Part shown: piece by piece, positions 1-9,331 of the stretch
How positions within the stretch are numbered: the stretch's first letter is position 1
Layout: every line of letters starts with the position of its first letter
NCBI GenBank assembly: GCA_963422275.1
Contig: OY729418.1
Coordinates: 839,750-903,749, forward strand
Reading direction: 5' to 3'
Source: Paracoccaceae bacterium
GTDB taxonomy: Bacteria > Pseudomonadota > Alphaproteobacteria > Rhodobacterales > Rhodobacteraceae
DNA: 64,000 nucleotides
Program-made: the position numbers and the translations under genes
Notes under the pieces: model-generated
What the model was told of the DNA's origin: nothing
Database searches by the model: none
Seen by the model: only the letters and a program-made list of their open reading frames with translations

Positions 1-144
1 CGATGCAGCGCCAAGTCGTGCGCCCGCCACACATGCTTCTGCGATCGGTTCCTGTCGGCGAAGATTTGCTGCCAGCGCCGCCGGTCGTCGGATGGCATCG
101 TGAATGATCGCCTGGTCGCATCTCTTCTCTCCCTTCTGCATCAT
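1..144 (-). CDS. 5' end of an ORF running off the left edge; function unknown (weak resemblance to N-termini of SIS-domain sugar-phosphate isomerase-like proteins)
   Basis: My own minus-strand translation. ATGATG at 144/141 has GAAGGA about 14 nt upstream, and the frame is open to base 1 (MMQKGEKRCDQAIIHDAIRRPAALAANL...). It is co-directional with, and downstream of, the aldolase-like gene. It is absent from the ORF track because fewer than 60 aa lie inside the window. Confidence 0.25.
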   Translation of the reverse strand, partial: MMQKGEKRCDQAIIHDAIRRPAALAANLRRQEPIAEACVAGARLGAAS

Positions 145-448
145 TGCGAAAGGCGCATCCTTCGGGAGGAGAAGAGAAAAACTATCGTCTAGGTTGGCGC
201 GACCGGGTTCGTTACAGGCGCTCAGAAGGGACTGTATCTCGAATACCCGGCAAGCGGCAAAATTAAGACGCGCTTCGGATTTCTGGATGATCAAGAGCAG
301 GAAGCCAGTCGCGACCTAGGTGACGATCGATCACGTTGTCGTCTTCCGACCGCTCGGTTTCCACACGATGGAGAAGCTCCCCAAGGAGCAGCCTGGCCGC
401 GGCCAGATGATCTTGGCACGGACCAAGTTGCAACGCAAGCAGCGGGGG

Positions 449-1438
449 CTACAAATCATGCAGCAGCGCGGGCTCGGTGACTTGGATGTCGTCTTCCAGA
501 CTGCGTTTCGAGGCAATGCCCCTGGCTTTGATGTGGGAATGAAACGCCCGCACCGCCTCCGCAGTGTCGATGTCGCCCTGAACCACCATCCGCATCGTTT
601 TCAGGATCTGCTCCGGATCTTCGCTGAACAGGATCTTCCTGCCGAACAGCGCCACCCGGGCGCCGAACTTTTCGCTCTGCCGAACAAGCTCAAGCGTGTC
701 GCGGGTCGTGCCTGCGCCGCCGCCGAGAACTCCGACAATGAGGTTCCCCGGATCGTAGCGGCACAAATCCTCCATTGCGCGCGGCCCGTTGAAGGGAATC
801 TTCAGGAACTCCGGCCGTTCCGCCCGGGTCAGGCCTGCAAGACAGCGGACGATGCAGTCGTTCACGAAATCCGGAAGATCGTCCTTCGCGATGCCGACGT
901 CGATCTGCGGATTGAACACTTCCAGGAAATAGCGAAGCCCCGTTCCGGAAATGTCGTAAAGAAATCGATGAAAGCAGTTAAGGAACTTCAGGTCGCTGTC
1001 GATGTCGTTGGAAAAAGTAATGGAGTAAAGCCCCAGATCGACCATCCTTGCCGCGACCTCGGCATTCGCCGAGCGGAACTCGCGGGCTGGAGCGGTCTTG
1101 TAGGCCGAGTGGCGTGGACCCCAGATGTCCGTGGCGTCGTTCAACCGAACAGCCGGGGTGACAGCGGAGCCTTCGAACAGCCCCCCTTCCACTAGCCGCT
1201 CGGCCGCCGACATCGACATGAGCATGATGTCGGCAAGCCCGGTCCGGGTGATGTCGCGCATCGCCTGAAGATGCTCCGGAAAAGACCTGAAGCGCCCGGA
1301 CTCGTCCTTCTTCGGGCCGAATGCCACCACGCCGCCGCCCATGTCCCCGTCCTTCGCGTCTGCAATCACGAAATCCGACGGGCGGTATTCTCCGCCGCGG
1401 ATTCTCGCAAGTTTTCGATCCAAGCTTCTGTCCATCAA
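449..1438 (-). CDS. class I aldolase-like TIM-barrel protein (DhnA/FbaB/LsrF-like superfamily); substrate unknown
   Basis: 329-aa ORF, last gene of the sugar ABC operon. It has alternating beta/alpha character and a G-rich phosphate-binding-like stretch (VGVLGGGAGTT). The opposite-strand ORF 320..1195 is an antisense artefact. Confidence 0.6.
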   Translation of the reverse strand: MMDRSLDRKLARIRGGEYRPSDFVIADAKDGDMGGGVVAFGPKKDESGRFRSFPEHLQAMRDITRTGLADIMLMSMSAAERLVEGGLFEGSAVTPAVRLNDATDIWGPRHSAYKTAPAREFRSANAEVAARMVDLGLYSITFSNDIDSDLKFLNCFHRFLYDISGTGLRYFLEVFNPQIDVGIAKDDLPDFVNDCIVRCLAGLTRAERPEFLKIPFNGPRAMEDLCRYDPGNLIVGVLGGGAGTTRDTLELVRQSEKFGARVALFGRKILFSEDPEQILKTMRMVVQGDIDTAEAVRAFHSHIKARGIASKRSLEDDIQVTEPALLHDL

Positions 1439-1502
1439 TGCACCTCGGTTGAATTTCGAAGAAATACGGATAACCCACCCCGCCCGGCTTCCAAGTTTTA
1501 CC

Positions 1503-2342
1503 TCAGATCTTGACGGACCCAGCGGTCATGCCCGCAAAAAAGTATCGCTGCGCGATCAGATAGGCCAGCAGAAGCGGAAGGGAGCCCAGCACGCTCATCG
1601 CCATCATTTCGTTCCACTCGTAGGCATGCTGACCCATCAGCAACTGAATCCCGATCGGCACCGTGCGCATATGCATCGACTTGGTGAGTGTCAAGGCGAA
1701 CAGGAACTCGTTCCAAGCCAGCAGAAAAGTGTATACGCCCGTGGCCACAATGCCCGGAATCGAAACCGGCACGACAACGCGCCAAAGCGCGGTCCAGCTC
1801 GATCCGCCGTCAACCAGCACCGCCTCGTCGAGGTCTCTCGGCAAGGTGTTGAAGTAACCCGTCATCATCAGAATGGCGTAAGGCAGCGTGAACACCATGT
1901 AGGTCAGGATCAGGGCATAGTAGGTGTCGAACAGGCGGAATGCCACAACCAGCCCGAAATACGGGATCAGCAACGTGATTGGCGGAACCGTCTGAGTGCT
2001 GATGATGAAAACGTTCAACGGCTTCTTGAGCCGGAACGAATACCGACTGAAGCTATAGCCTGCCAAGATCGCGATCAGCAGCGTAAGCAGGGTGACCACG
2101 CCTGCGACGAGGTAGCTGTTAATGAAAAACCGTATCTTCGTGGCACTGGCGAAGATTGCCAGATAGGCGCTCAGAGTGAACTCCTTGGGGAGCAGGGTCT
2201 GCGGAACGGCGAATATCTCGGTGTTCGACTTGAGCGAGCTGAAAATCATCCACAGAACTGGAAACATGACGAACACCAGACCAGCGGCAAGCCCCGCATA
2301 GGTGGCGACCGTCAGCCAATCGGTCCGTCGGCGCCCCGGCAT
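1503..2342 (-). CDS. carbohydrate ABC transporter permease (MalG/UgpE-like)
   Basis: 279-aa multi-TM ORF with an EAA-loop-like segment (LDEAVLVDGGSSWTALWRVVVP). It lies 3 bp downstream of the partner permease. Confidence 0.85.
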   Translation of the reverse strand: MPGRRRTDWLTVATYAGLAAGLVFVMFPVLWMIFSSLKSNTEIFAVPQTLLPKEFTLSAYLAIFASATKIRFFINSYLVAGVVTLLTLLIAILAGYSFSRYSFRLKKPLNVFIISTQTVPPITLLIPYFGLVVAFRLFDTYYALILTYMVFTLPYAILMMTGYFNTLPRDLDEAVLVDGGSSWTALWRVVVPVSIPGIVATGVYTFLLAWNEFLFALTLTKSMHMRTVPIGIQLLMGQHAYEWNEMMAMSVLGSLPLLLAYLIAQRYFFAGMTAGSVKI

Positions 2343-2345
2343 CGG

Positions 2346-3305
2346 CTAGTCCCTCGCCTTCTGATGCTTGATGTAGAAGTAGGTTACGCACATCGACAGG
2401 GCTAGAACAACGATCGCGCTCGCCGACGCGAGCGAGAATTGATATTTGGAAAACGCGAGCTTGTAGGTGTACGTGCTCAGCATCTCCGTCGCATGAATCG
2501 GCCCGCCTCCTGTTGTCATCCAGACCAGCGGAAACACCTGCATCGTCCAAATGAAATCAAGAAGCGCGACGCTGATTATGATCGGGACCAGGTGCGGCAG
2601 CGTTATGTGCCAGAACTTTTCGAGTTCGTTGGCGCCGTCGATGCTGGCAGCTTCGTAAAGTTCTCCCGGAACGCCCTGAAGCCCGGCCAGAAGGCTCACC
2701 ATGAATAGCGGATAGCCTGCCCAGATGTTGACGAAAGTCAGCGCGTGAATCGCGGTGCTTGTCGATGCGAACCACTCAATGTTCCGGTCGGTGATGTTCA
2801 ATGCGGCGATTATGCTGTTGATCACTCCGCTCGGATCGAGCAGCAAGCGCCAGATGATCGCAATGATCACCGCCGTGAACAGCCACGGCATGATGTATAG
2901 AATCCGGAAAATGCTCCTGATCGCGGGATTGATCCGGCTCGAGTTCAGCAACACCGCGAAGAACAATCCAAGCAGGAAGTGAAACACGACGCTCATGATC
3001 GTGAAGTACAGGGTGTTGCGGACGGACTGCCAAAACACGTCATCCTGGAAAATGGTCTTGAAATTCTTGAGCCCCACGAATGAAGGGCTTGGCGTCATTA
3101 TTGCGCGGTCGAGGAGCGAATAACGGATCGCGACGATCATTGGAAAAAGCATCAGAACTGAAAAGAGGATAATCGACGGCGCGACGTAAGCGTACGGCGT
3201 CAGCAACCTGATGGTCTTGTAAGACAGCAACCTGGATCGAGGCGTTCTTCGAGAGTTCGTTCCGCCTTGCGCAACTGCAGGTTGCCTGTCCAAGAAGTTC
3301 AACAC
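2346..3305 (-). CDS. carbohydrate ABC transporter permease (MalF/UgpA-like)
   Basis: 319-aa multi-TM ORF with an EAA loop (YEAASIDGANELEKFWHITLP). Confidence 0.85.
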   Translation of the reverse strand: MLNFLDRQPAVAQGGTNSRRTPRSRLLSYKTIRLLTPYAYVAPSIILFSVLMLFPMIVAIRYSLLDRAIMTPSPSFVGLKNFKTIFQDDVFWQSVRNTLYFTIMSVVFHFLLGLFFAVLLNSSRINPAIRSIFRILYIMPWLFTAVIIAIIWRLLLDPSGVINSIIAALNITDRNIEWFASTSTAIHALTFVNIWAGYPLFMVSLLAGLQGVPGELYEAASIDGANELEKFWHITLPHLVPIIISVALLDFIWTMQVFPLVWMTTGGGPIHATEMLSTYTYKLAFSKYQFSLASASAIVVLALSMCVTYFYIKHQKARD

Positions 3306-3413
3306 TTCGCCATGTTTTCGGACGGGTCTGCTCCGCCAAGGTCCGGAATCGAATCAATTCCAATGCCGGGCGGGGTTAGATGCACCGCCCGACATTCGTT
3401 CGCTAGGATATGC

Positions 3414-4658
3414 CTAGAACTCGGCTTCCCACTTCTTCTGGGCCTTGGCCACCGCTTCTTCCACAGTCTGCTTGCCGTCGAGCATCAACTGGATTTCCTC
3501 GTCGAACATCCTCATCAACTCCTCCGCCACAGGAAGGCCGACGAATTCGTTCGCCAAGTATCCCGACTGGAATATCTCGAAGGCTTTTGCGAACAGCGAG
3601 TCGGAAGCCACGAAGTCCGGCTTGGCGTTCACGTTGCCGGGAAACGCATTGGCGATGGAAACGAGCTTGCTGTTGACTTCCTCGCTCATGAGGTAAGCCA
3701 CCAGCTTGAAGGCCTCCTCCTTGTGCTCGCTGTTTTCACTGACCCCAATGCCCCACGACGCATAAGGCAGGCCCCTGCGCCCGTCATAACCATCGACCGC
3801 CGGAAAGTCCGAAATCGTGAAATTCAGGTCTGGATTCCGTTCGCGGATCAAATTGATGTGCGCAAGCGTATCGACCATCATCGCGACCCGGCCGTTCACG
3901 AACTCCTCAACCTTGTCCTGCTCCTTCTTCGCGAAGGTGCCGGGGGATATCAGCCCCTCGTTGTACATGGACTGGATGAACTTCAGAGCGCTTGTCACGT
4001 CTTCGTTCTCCAAGTCGGGCTGACCATCCTTGAGCATGCTCTTGCCGGATGCCCAAACCCAGGACATCACATCGTTCTGGACGCCGTTCGGCGACTGGAG
4101 CGACAGCGGCAGGACCCAGCCGTACTGGTTCGCGGACTCGTCCGTCAGCTTTCTGGCCGCCTCATGGAACTCGCTCCTGTTCGTCGGAGGTGCGACCCCG
4201 GCCGCCTCCAGAAGATCAAGGTTCAGGAAAATCGGATAAATGAACGAAGCAACCGGGAACATGTAGCTGTTTCCGTTCAGCTTGATTATGGCTGCAACCT
4301 GACTGGCGTCGAAATCGGAAGCGGCCATCAAATCGTCGAGCGCGGCGATTGCCCCTTGCTTGGAAAGTCCGTTCACCCAAGCACCATCCAGACCCACGAC
4401 ATCGCTGAGCGTACCGCTTGCTGCCCCAACGACGATTTGATCACGGGTGCTGGAATAGGGTCCGCTGATCAGATTGACCTTGATCCCCGGGTTCGCGGCT
4501 TCGAAATCATCCATAATCCCACGGAACGAGCCTGCAGGCAGCTCCGGCTCCCACCATTGAATGAATTCGATCGTCGTTTGCGCCGACACTTTTACCATGC
4601 CGGAAACCGACACCAGCAATGACGACAACATTACCAATGCAACTTTCTTTATTTTCAT
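3414..4658 (-). CDS. extracellular solute-binding protein of a sugar ABC transporter
   Basis: 414-aa ORF with an N-terminal signal peptide (MKIKKVALVMLSSLLVSVSGMVKVSAQ). It is the first gene of the operon. The large plus-strand ORF 3267..4622 is antisense. Confidence 0.85.
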   Translation of the reverse strand: MKIKKVALVMLSSLLVSVSGMVKVSAQTTIEFIQWWEPELPAGSFRGIMDDFEAANPGIKVNLISGPYSSTRDQIVVGAASGTLSDVVGLDGAWVNGLSKQGAIAALDDLMAASDFDASQVAAIIKLNGNSYMFPVASFIYPIFLNLDLLEAAGVAPPTNRSEFHEAARKLTDESANQYGWVLPLSLQSPNGVQNDVMSWVWASGKSMLKDGQPDLENEDVTSALKFIQSMYNEGLISPGTFAKKEQDKVEEFVNGRVAMMVDTLAHINLIRERNPDLNFTISDFPAVDGYDGRRGLPYASWGIGVSENSEHKEEAFKLVAYLMSEEVNSKLVSIANAFPGNVNAKPDFVASDSLFAKAFEIFQSGYLANEFVGLPVAEELMRMFDEEIQLMLDGKQTVEEAVAKAQKKWEAEF

Positions 4659-4875
4659 CGTTTCCTCCTACTGTAGTTGGGATTTCCGGCTGGAACACCG
4701 GAAACCTGAGGCAATTGGTAAACAGTGGATTTTCCATTGTCAAATTATACCTTGTTCACGCGCGAGCGGTTTCAAGTCTCTCTTCAATGGAAGTGGCATC
4801 CGATCAAGAGCACGCTAAAAACCGATCGAATGTTCCAAAACGCAGCGGAATCTGGACAATTCGCATTCAAGCGGT

Positions 4876-6132
4876 TTGAATGCCGGCCGCATGCATTCAA
4901 TGCCACGCGCACTGCCGGAGAGTTTCATGGGCGAAAGAATCGTTCTCGGCCTCGGAAACAACATCGACTTCGAAACTGTGTGGAATCCCGGGCCAATCGA
5001 GAGGCTGATCATCGAATACAATGTTAAACCCGGAGAGATCGGCACCGAAGGGCCGATCGCGAACGTCCGCGATTTCGTCGTGTCGGTTCTTGGCTTCCTG
5101 AAATCCGGAACAGGCGGAGAGCGACTGCTGGCCTCGCAGGAATTGGCCTACCAGTTGGCGGGCATGTTCGAAGGCAAAATCACCGTCGGCGGGACTCCGT
5201 TTCGGGCGGCGATTGCCATGCACAAGATCGGATACACGCCCGGGCTTCATTTGGTGACAATGAACCATCACGTTCGCCGGTCGATCCCGGACGGCTGCCC
5301 TTGGGTTTGCTCCAACGACGAGAATGGAATCCATCCCCACATCATCGTTCAATTCGCGAAGCACTCTCGCATCCAGGCAGGCGATGTTTCGGTCGAGGCA
5401 AATAGGGCAAACCGCATCATTTATTCCAACGACCCGCATACGACCGATATGAACATCAGCCCACGTTTGGCGTCGTTGGCCGCAGACGCAGAGGTGTTCT
5501 TGATTTCCGGCTTCAACGCGATGCAAAGTGGCAAGCTGCTCGCGGCGAGGCTTGCGACGATTGCGGAAGTCGTCCGCTCGCTTCGCCCCGGAGCGGTGGC
5601 ATTCTACGAAGACGGCTGCTTTCCGCTTCCGGAATTAAGCATTCAGGTCCGCGACGCCCTTTCGAAATTCATTCACATACACAGCTTGAACGAAGACGAG
5701 CTGCAAGGACATTTGAACCGGAACATCCCGTTATTGGATCCCTTTGAAATACTACGGGCATTGCAGGATTTGCGAAAATTGATACCTGTTCCGACCATCA
5801 TTGTTCATACCGCCCAGTGGGCACTTGCATATGGCGCCAATCCCGACCGATACGCGACATCGCTGAAGGCAGGAATACACATGGCCTGCACGCGCATGCG
5901 GCGTGGCGATGACTTCGATCAGCTAGATTATATCGAAACGCAACGAATGCTGCCGCGCACAGATGGCTTGAAATTCGCCGCCGAACTCACCAAACTAGCG
6001 AAGGGTTTGGTTTGTTGCTATCCCAGCATTCAAATCGATGAAGCGGCGGCGACAACAATTGGCTTGGGCGATGCATTCGTCGGAGGCTTCCTGCCCATGA
6101 TTCTGCCGGCTTCCATCCAAACTTTCCCTTGA
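4876..6132 (+). CDS. ribokinase-superfamily sugar kinase, most like the ADP-dependent glucokinase/phosphofructokinase family
   Basis: 418-aa ORF divergent from the ABC operon. Motifs seen: GGTPFRAAIAM (GG-anion-hole-like), HSLNEDE (NxxE) and a C-terminal TTIGLGDAFVGGF (GxGD catalytic motif). The exact start is uncertain because several in-frame ATGs lie at 4876-4912. Confidence 0.55.
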   Translation: MNAGRMHSMPRALPESFMGERIVLGLGNNIDFETVWNPGPIERLIIEYNVKPGEIGTEGPIANVRDFVVSVLGFLKSGTGGERLLASQELAYQLAGMFEGKITVGGTPFRAAIAMHKIGYTPGLHLVTMNHHVRRSIPDGCPWVCSNDENGIHPHIIVQFAKHSRIQAGDVSVEANRANRIIYSNDPHTTDMNISPRLASLAADAEVFLISGFNAMQSGKLLAARLATIAEVVRSLRPGAVAFYEDGCFPLPELSIQVRDALSKFIHIHSLNEDELQGHLNRNIPLLDPFEILRALQDLRKLIPVPTIIVHTAQWALAYGANPDRYATSLKAGIHMACTRMRRGDDFDQLDYIETQRMLPRTDGLKFAAELTKLAKGLVCCYPSIQIDEAAATTIGLGDAFVGGFLPMILPASIQTFP

Positions 6133-6158
6133 GATCAGACCAGTTTTGATGCAACTGG

Positions 6159-6398
6159 GGAACCTCTGAATACAGCCTTCTATGTGGGCGTGGCACTGTG
6201 CATCCGGTGTGCGCCCACTGTCTTGCGCTGCAGCTTTTTTCGAGAGATCACGACCTGCAGCGCCTTCGGCAATTGACCTTTGCAAGCCTTGAATGCGACC
6301 GCAAGAAGCGCCGGACGAGACCACGATCCCGACTTCCGCCGCCAGCTGGAGCGCTGCGGACTGGCGCACCTGCCGTGTTCAGGAGATCAGGGATCATC
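6159..6398 (+). mobile_element. 5' fragment of IS5-family 'type A' element (internally deleted), interrupted by the composite transposon
   Basis: It starts with GGAACCTCTGAATACAGCC, like the copies at 17974, 28674 and (as reverse complement) 62475. It aligns to 28674-29376 of the reference copy with an internal gap and stops exactly at ...GAGATCAGGGATCATC. Confidence 0.8.
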
Positions 6399-6400
6399 TA

Positions 6401-6837
6401 GGTTGTGGACTCATTGATTTTGATCCAGAGGCGGATGGAGGCAATGGCGATTGCGGCGAGGAAGTTTCTTGCGAGCTTGTGATGGCGGGTCGCGATGCCT
6501 CGGAAGTGCTTGAGCTTGTTGAAGAAGCGTCCGACGTGGTTGCGTTGGCGGTACAGGTGCTCAGCCCGCCTCGCGAGCGTCCGATGGCGTGATCCGGACC
6601 CCCTTTTTCCCGCCCACGGCGTGCCGGTGCGCAGGATGTGAAAGATCCCGCTGATCGCTCGCCGGTCGTCCACCCGCGGAACGCCCCGCGGCTTGTCAGG
6701 CGGCAACGGCGAGACGATCGCCCATTCCGCATCCGTCAGATCGTGCCGGCCTCGCATCCTCAAGCTCCCACTGTTTGAAAGCTTGAATCACATCATCGCC
6801 GGAAAGAAAATCCCTTTTCCTTTATGATTACACGACC
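6401..6837 (-). mobile_element. IS427-group (IS5 family) element, copy 1, double-deletion derivative
   Basis: Ends are GGTTGTGGACTCAT... / ...ATGATTACACGACC. The 121-aa ORF 6398..6763 fuses the transposase N-terminus (MRMRGRHDLTDAEWAIVSPLPPDKPRGVPRVDDRRAISGIFHILRTGTPW) to its C-terminus (YRQRNHVGRFFNKLKHFRGIATRHHKLARNF...). Confidence 0.85.
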
Positions 6838-6897
6838 TGGGAGAATTGGAAGAGACCCAGGCCTGATTTCACAGCCCACCGTCATCCTGTTCTTGCC

Positions 6898-7116
6898 GTG
6901 AGGTGCCCTGATTGCGGTCGTGCCCCCGGCGTTTGGTGCCGCCGACCGAGCGGCCATATGGCGAATGATTTTCATACTGGCCGGAAGGCCGAGGCCGACC
7001 GGGTGTTTATAGACCAGCACGGGCCGGATGCGTCCATTGAGCGCGACGGCTGGGTGATTGATCCGCGCGGGCGCGTTGGCATTCGCCCGCAGCCTGAGCA
7101 ACTGGCATTGTTCTGA
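6898..7116 (+). CDS. hypothetical small Zn-ribbon-like protein
   Basis: 72-aa ORF with a GTG start. Its N-terminus has CPDCG...C...H spacing (MRCPDCGRAPGVWCRRPSGH). There is no clear Shine-Dalgarno sequence and coding status is uncertain. Confidence 0.3.
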   Translation: MRCPDCGRAPGVWCRRPSGHMANDFHTGRKAEADRVFIDQHGPDASIERDGWVIDPRGRVGIRPQPEQLALF

Positions 7117-7262
7117 AGCTGGCTGCCGATACTTCCCAGGGCGCGATCTGGTGCGCAGCTCGCGATCCTGGCTAACCAGTTTTCCTTGTGGAGAGGAACC
7201 AACTGGCCTCGCTTCGGCGGGGCTGTTTTCTTGCTATCACTCATAACGGCGCGCTTGCATGA

Positions 7263-7290
7263 TGCTATCATGTCAACTATATTGATAGCA
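7263..7290 (+). promoter_or_regulatory. candidate VapB operator (inverted repeat)
   Basis: TGCTATCA-N12-TGATAGCA is a perfect 8-bp inverted repeat ending 22 bp upstream of the vapB ATG. RHH-type antitoxins typically autoregulate through such palindromes. Confidence 0.4.
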
Positions 7291-7311
7291 CGCTGCAAAG
7301 GAACTTGAACT

Positions 7312-7551
7312 ATGGGCCAAATGACCGTTCGCAACATCCCAGATCCAGAGTATGCCGCTCTGAAACGTGTAGCCGCGTCCAACGACAGGAGCGCGGAGGC
7401 AGAGGTTCGGCATTTGATCGCTCAGCATGTCAATACTCTGGGCGGCGATGGCTTTGGATCAAAACTGGCTAGAAAATACAGCGGCATTGTCGATCAGGAT
7501 TTCCAGTTTGAACGCAGCGAGACAGCTAGCGATCCGGTGAGCTTCGAATGA
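7312..7551 (+). CDS. vapB: type II antitoxin, ribbon-helix-helix / FitA-VapB-like
   Basis: 79-aa ORF with N-terminal MTVRNIPDPEYAALKRVAASNDRSAEAEVRHLI, typical of Arc/RHH antitoxins. An AAAGGA ribosome-binding site is present, and the stop overlaps the vapC start (ATGA). Confidence 0.8.
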   Translation: MGQMTVRNIPDPEYAALKRVAASNDRSAEAEVRHLIAQHVNTLGGDGFGSKLARKYSGIVDQDFQFERSETASDPVSFE

Positions 7552-7988
7552 TTGTTGTTGATACAATGGTTCTCTCTGAGCCTTTCAAGCCCAAGCCCGA
7601 TCCTTTGGTGATCGAGTGGCTTAACCAGCAAGTCTCTACCGAACTGTTTGTGACCACGATCAATCAAGCGGAAATGGAGCATGGGCTTTGGGCCATGCCG
7701 GAGGGGAAACGCCGAGTGCAGTTGCATCGCGGTATCACCGAGCTTTTTGAGGTGGATTTCTCAGGGCGTGTTTTGTCCTTCGATTCCAAAGCGGCACTTA
7801 TGTTCGGCACGAACATTGCCCCTGCCCGGCAGAAGCATGGCAAAGATGCAATTAAGGACATGGATGGAATGATCGCAGCAATTGCAATCAGCCATGATCG
7901 GTGCCGCGTTGCAACGCGGGATCGCCGCCCGTTTGAATTGATGGGTGTTGAAGTGATTGACCCATGGTCAGGCCCTTCCGCCCACTAA
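7548..7988 (+). CDS. vapC: PIN-domain toxin VapC/FitB-like
   Basis: 146-aa ORF with N-terminal MIVVDT (first acidic PIN residue), further acidic positions (..EM.., ..DGMIAAIA.., ..TRD..) and a 4-bp overlap with the antitoxin gene. Confidence 0.85.
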   Translation: MIVVDTMVLSEPFKPKPDPLVIEWLNQQVSTELFVTTINQAEMEHGLWAMPEGKRRVQLHRGITELFEVDFSGRVLSFDSKAALMFGTNIAPARQKHGKDAIKDMDGMIAAIAISHDRCRVATRDRRPFELMGVEVIDPWSGPSAH

Positions 7989-8042
7989 GGGTTGCTGCCG
8001 GGACAAACCATGTCTGAACGCTTTCATCACAAGCCGCTATTA

Positions 8043-8638
8043 GGTTGTGTACTCATTGATTTTGATCCAGAGGCGGATGCAGGCGAGGGCGATTGCGGCG
8101 AGGAAGTTTCTTGCAAGCTTGTGATGGCGGGTCGCGATGCCTCGGAAGTGCTTGAGCTTGTTGAAGAAACGTTCGACGAGGTTGCGGTGGCGGTAGAGGT
8201 GCTCAGCCCGCCTCGCGAGCGCCCGATGGCGTGGTCCGGACCCCCTTCTTTCCGCCCGCGGCGTGCTGGTGGGCGCGCACCACCGAGGAGTAGAGGAGAT
8301 GAAGAGATCCCGGCGAGCCCGCCGCCAGCGCCCCGAACAGGCGCTCCCGCACCCCTTGCCTGGCCCAGCGGTTGCAGACTGTCGCCTGCGGCCCGCAGCG
8401 TTGCGGAAGGTCGCGCCACGGCGTGCCGGTGCGCAGGATGTGAAAGATCCCGCCGATCGCCCGCCGGTCGTCCACCCGCGGAACGCCCCGCGGCTTGTCA
8501 GGCGGCAACGGCGAGATGATCGCCCATTCCGCATCCGTCAGATCGTGCCGGCCCCGCATCCTCAATCTCCCACTGTTTGGAAACTTGAATCACATCAGCG
8601 CCGGAAAGAAATCCCTTTTCCTTTATGAGTACACGACC
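8043..8638 (-). mobile_element. IS427-group element, copy 2, single-deletion derivative
   Basis: Ends are GGTTGTGTACTCAT... / ...ATGAGTACACGACC. orfA (8203..8565) is complete. orfB lacks about 200 bp at the same GGTG-GGTG junction as copy 1. The slippery site is mutated (GGAAAGAAG). Confidence 0.85.
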
Positions 8639-8640
8639 TA

Positions 8641-9331
8641 GCCGAACGAGGGTTCTGCTGAAGGGATGCCACCATCATTTCGGCGCCGTCGTCGGCCAGG
8701 AACGAGAACAATGCGCACGGTCCGGAGATGCACCGGACGAAGAAGGGGAACCGGAGGCATTTCGGGATGAAGCTGCACGTCGTCACCAATCCCTGGGATC
8801 TGGTGCGCCCCACCTAGAGGGAACGGCCGCCAACGTCGCGACCTGACGCTCTCGGACCGGCTTCTGCACGGCGAGGGGAAACAAGTCCGCCCTGACGCCG
8901 GATATCGCTTGATCGGGAAGCGGGCGGAGCGCGCACATCGCGAGGTGGCATGGCACATTGCCATGGACCCCGGCGGGCAGCGCGGCTTCTCTGGCGGAGA
9001 CGGCGGAGGCCGGGGTGCAGCATCCGTTCCGGATCGCGAGGCAGGTGTTCGGATGACAAGGTTCGCTATCGAGGGCTGGAGAGGAACGCGCAGCGGTTTG
9101 CGCTGCTTCCGGGCTTCTCGAACCTGATGATTGCCCAGCCGCACCTGTCATGACAGGGGAGAGGAGAAGTGTGCCCGGAATCTGCCGGACCGGCCCTGCG
9201 GGGGCTGAAACGGCGGCGGTTCCGCCCCGAAAACGCGCATTAGGGGGTTTCTGGACTGCAGAAAACCGGTCGGCGGCCGGGAAGGGCAACTCCGCAGCCA
9301 CAGCCCTAAAAACCCCAAAATTAGAGGTTCC
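8641..9331 (+). mobile_element. 3' fragment of the same IS5-family 'type A' copy that starts at 6159
   Basis: It begins GCCGAACGAGGGTTCTGCTGAAGG, aligning to GCGGAGCAGGGGGTTTTGCTGAAG at 29379 of the reference copy. It ends ...TTAGAGGTTCC followed by CTAA. The translated frame is a degraded transposase C-terminal half. Confidence 0.8.

Larger units (their letters stand above)
6401..8638. mobile_element. composite transposon: two directly oriented IS427-like arms flanking a Zn-ribbon ORF and vapBC
   Basis: TA occurs at 6399-6400 and again at 8639-8640. The flanking sequences (6159-6398 and 8641-9331) are contiguous parts of one IS5-type element when aligned to the copy at 28674. Confidence 0.6.

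Noticed and set aside
320-1195. 291-aa plus-strand ORF
   Set aside because: It lies entirely antisense to the 329-aa aldolase-like gene. Its Arg/Pro/Gly-rich composition is typical of a shadow frame in GC-rich DNA, and it has no motif.
3267-4622. 451-aa plus-strand ORF
   Set aside because: It is antisense to the solute-binding protein gene, which has a clear signal peptide and operon context. This is a shadow ORF.
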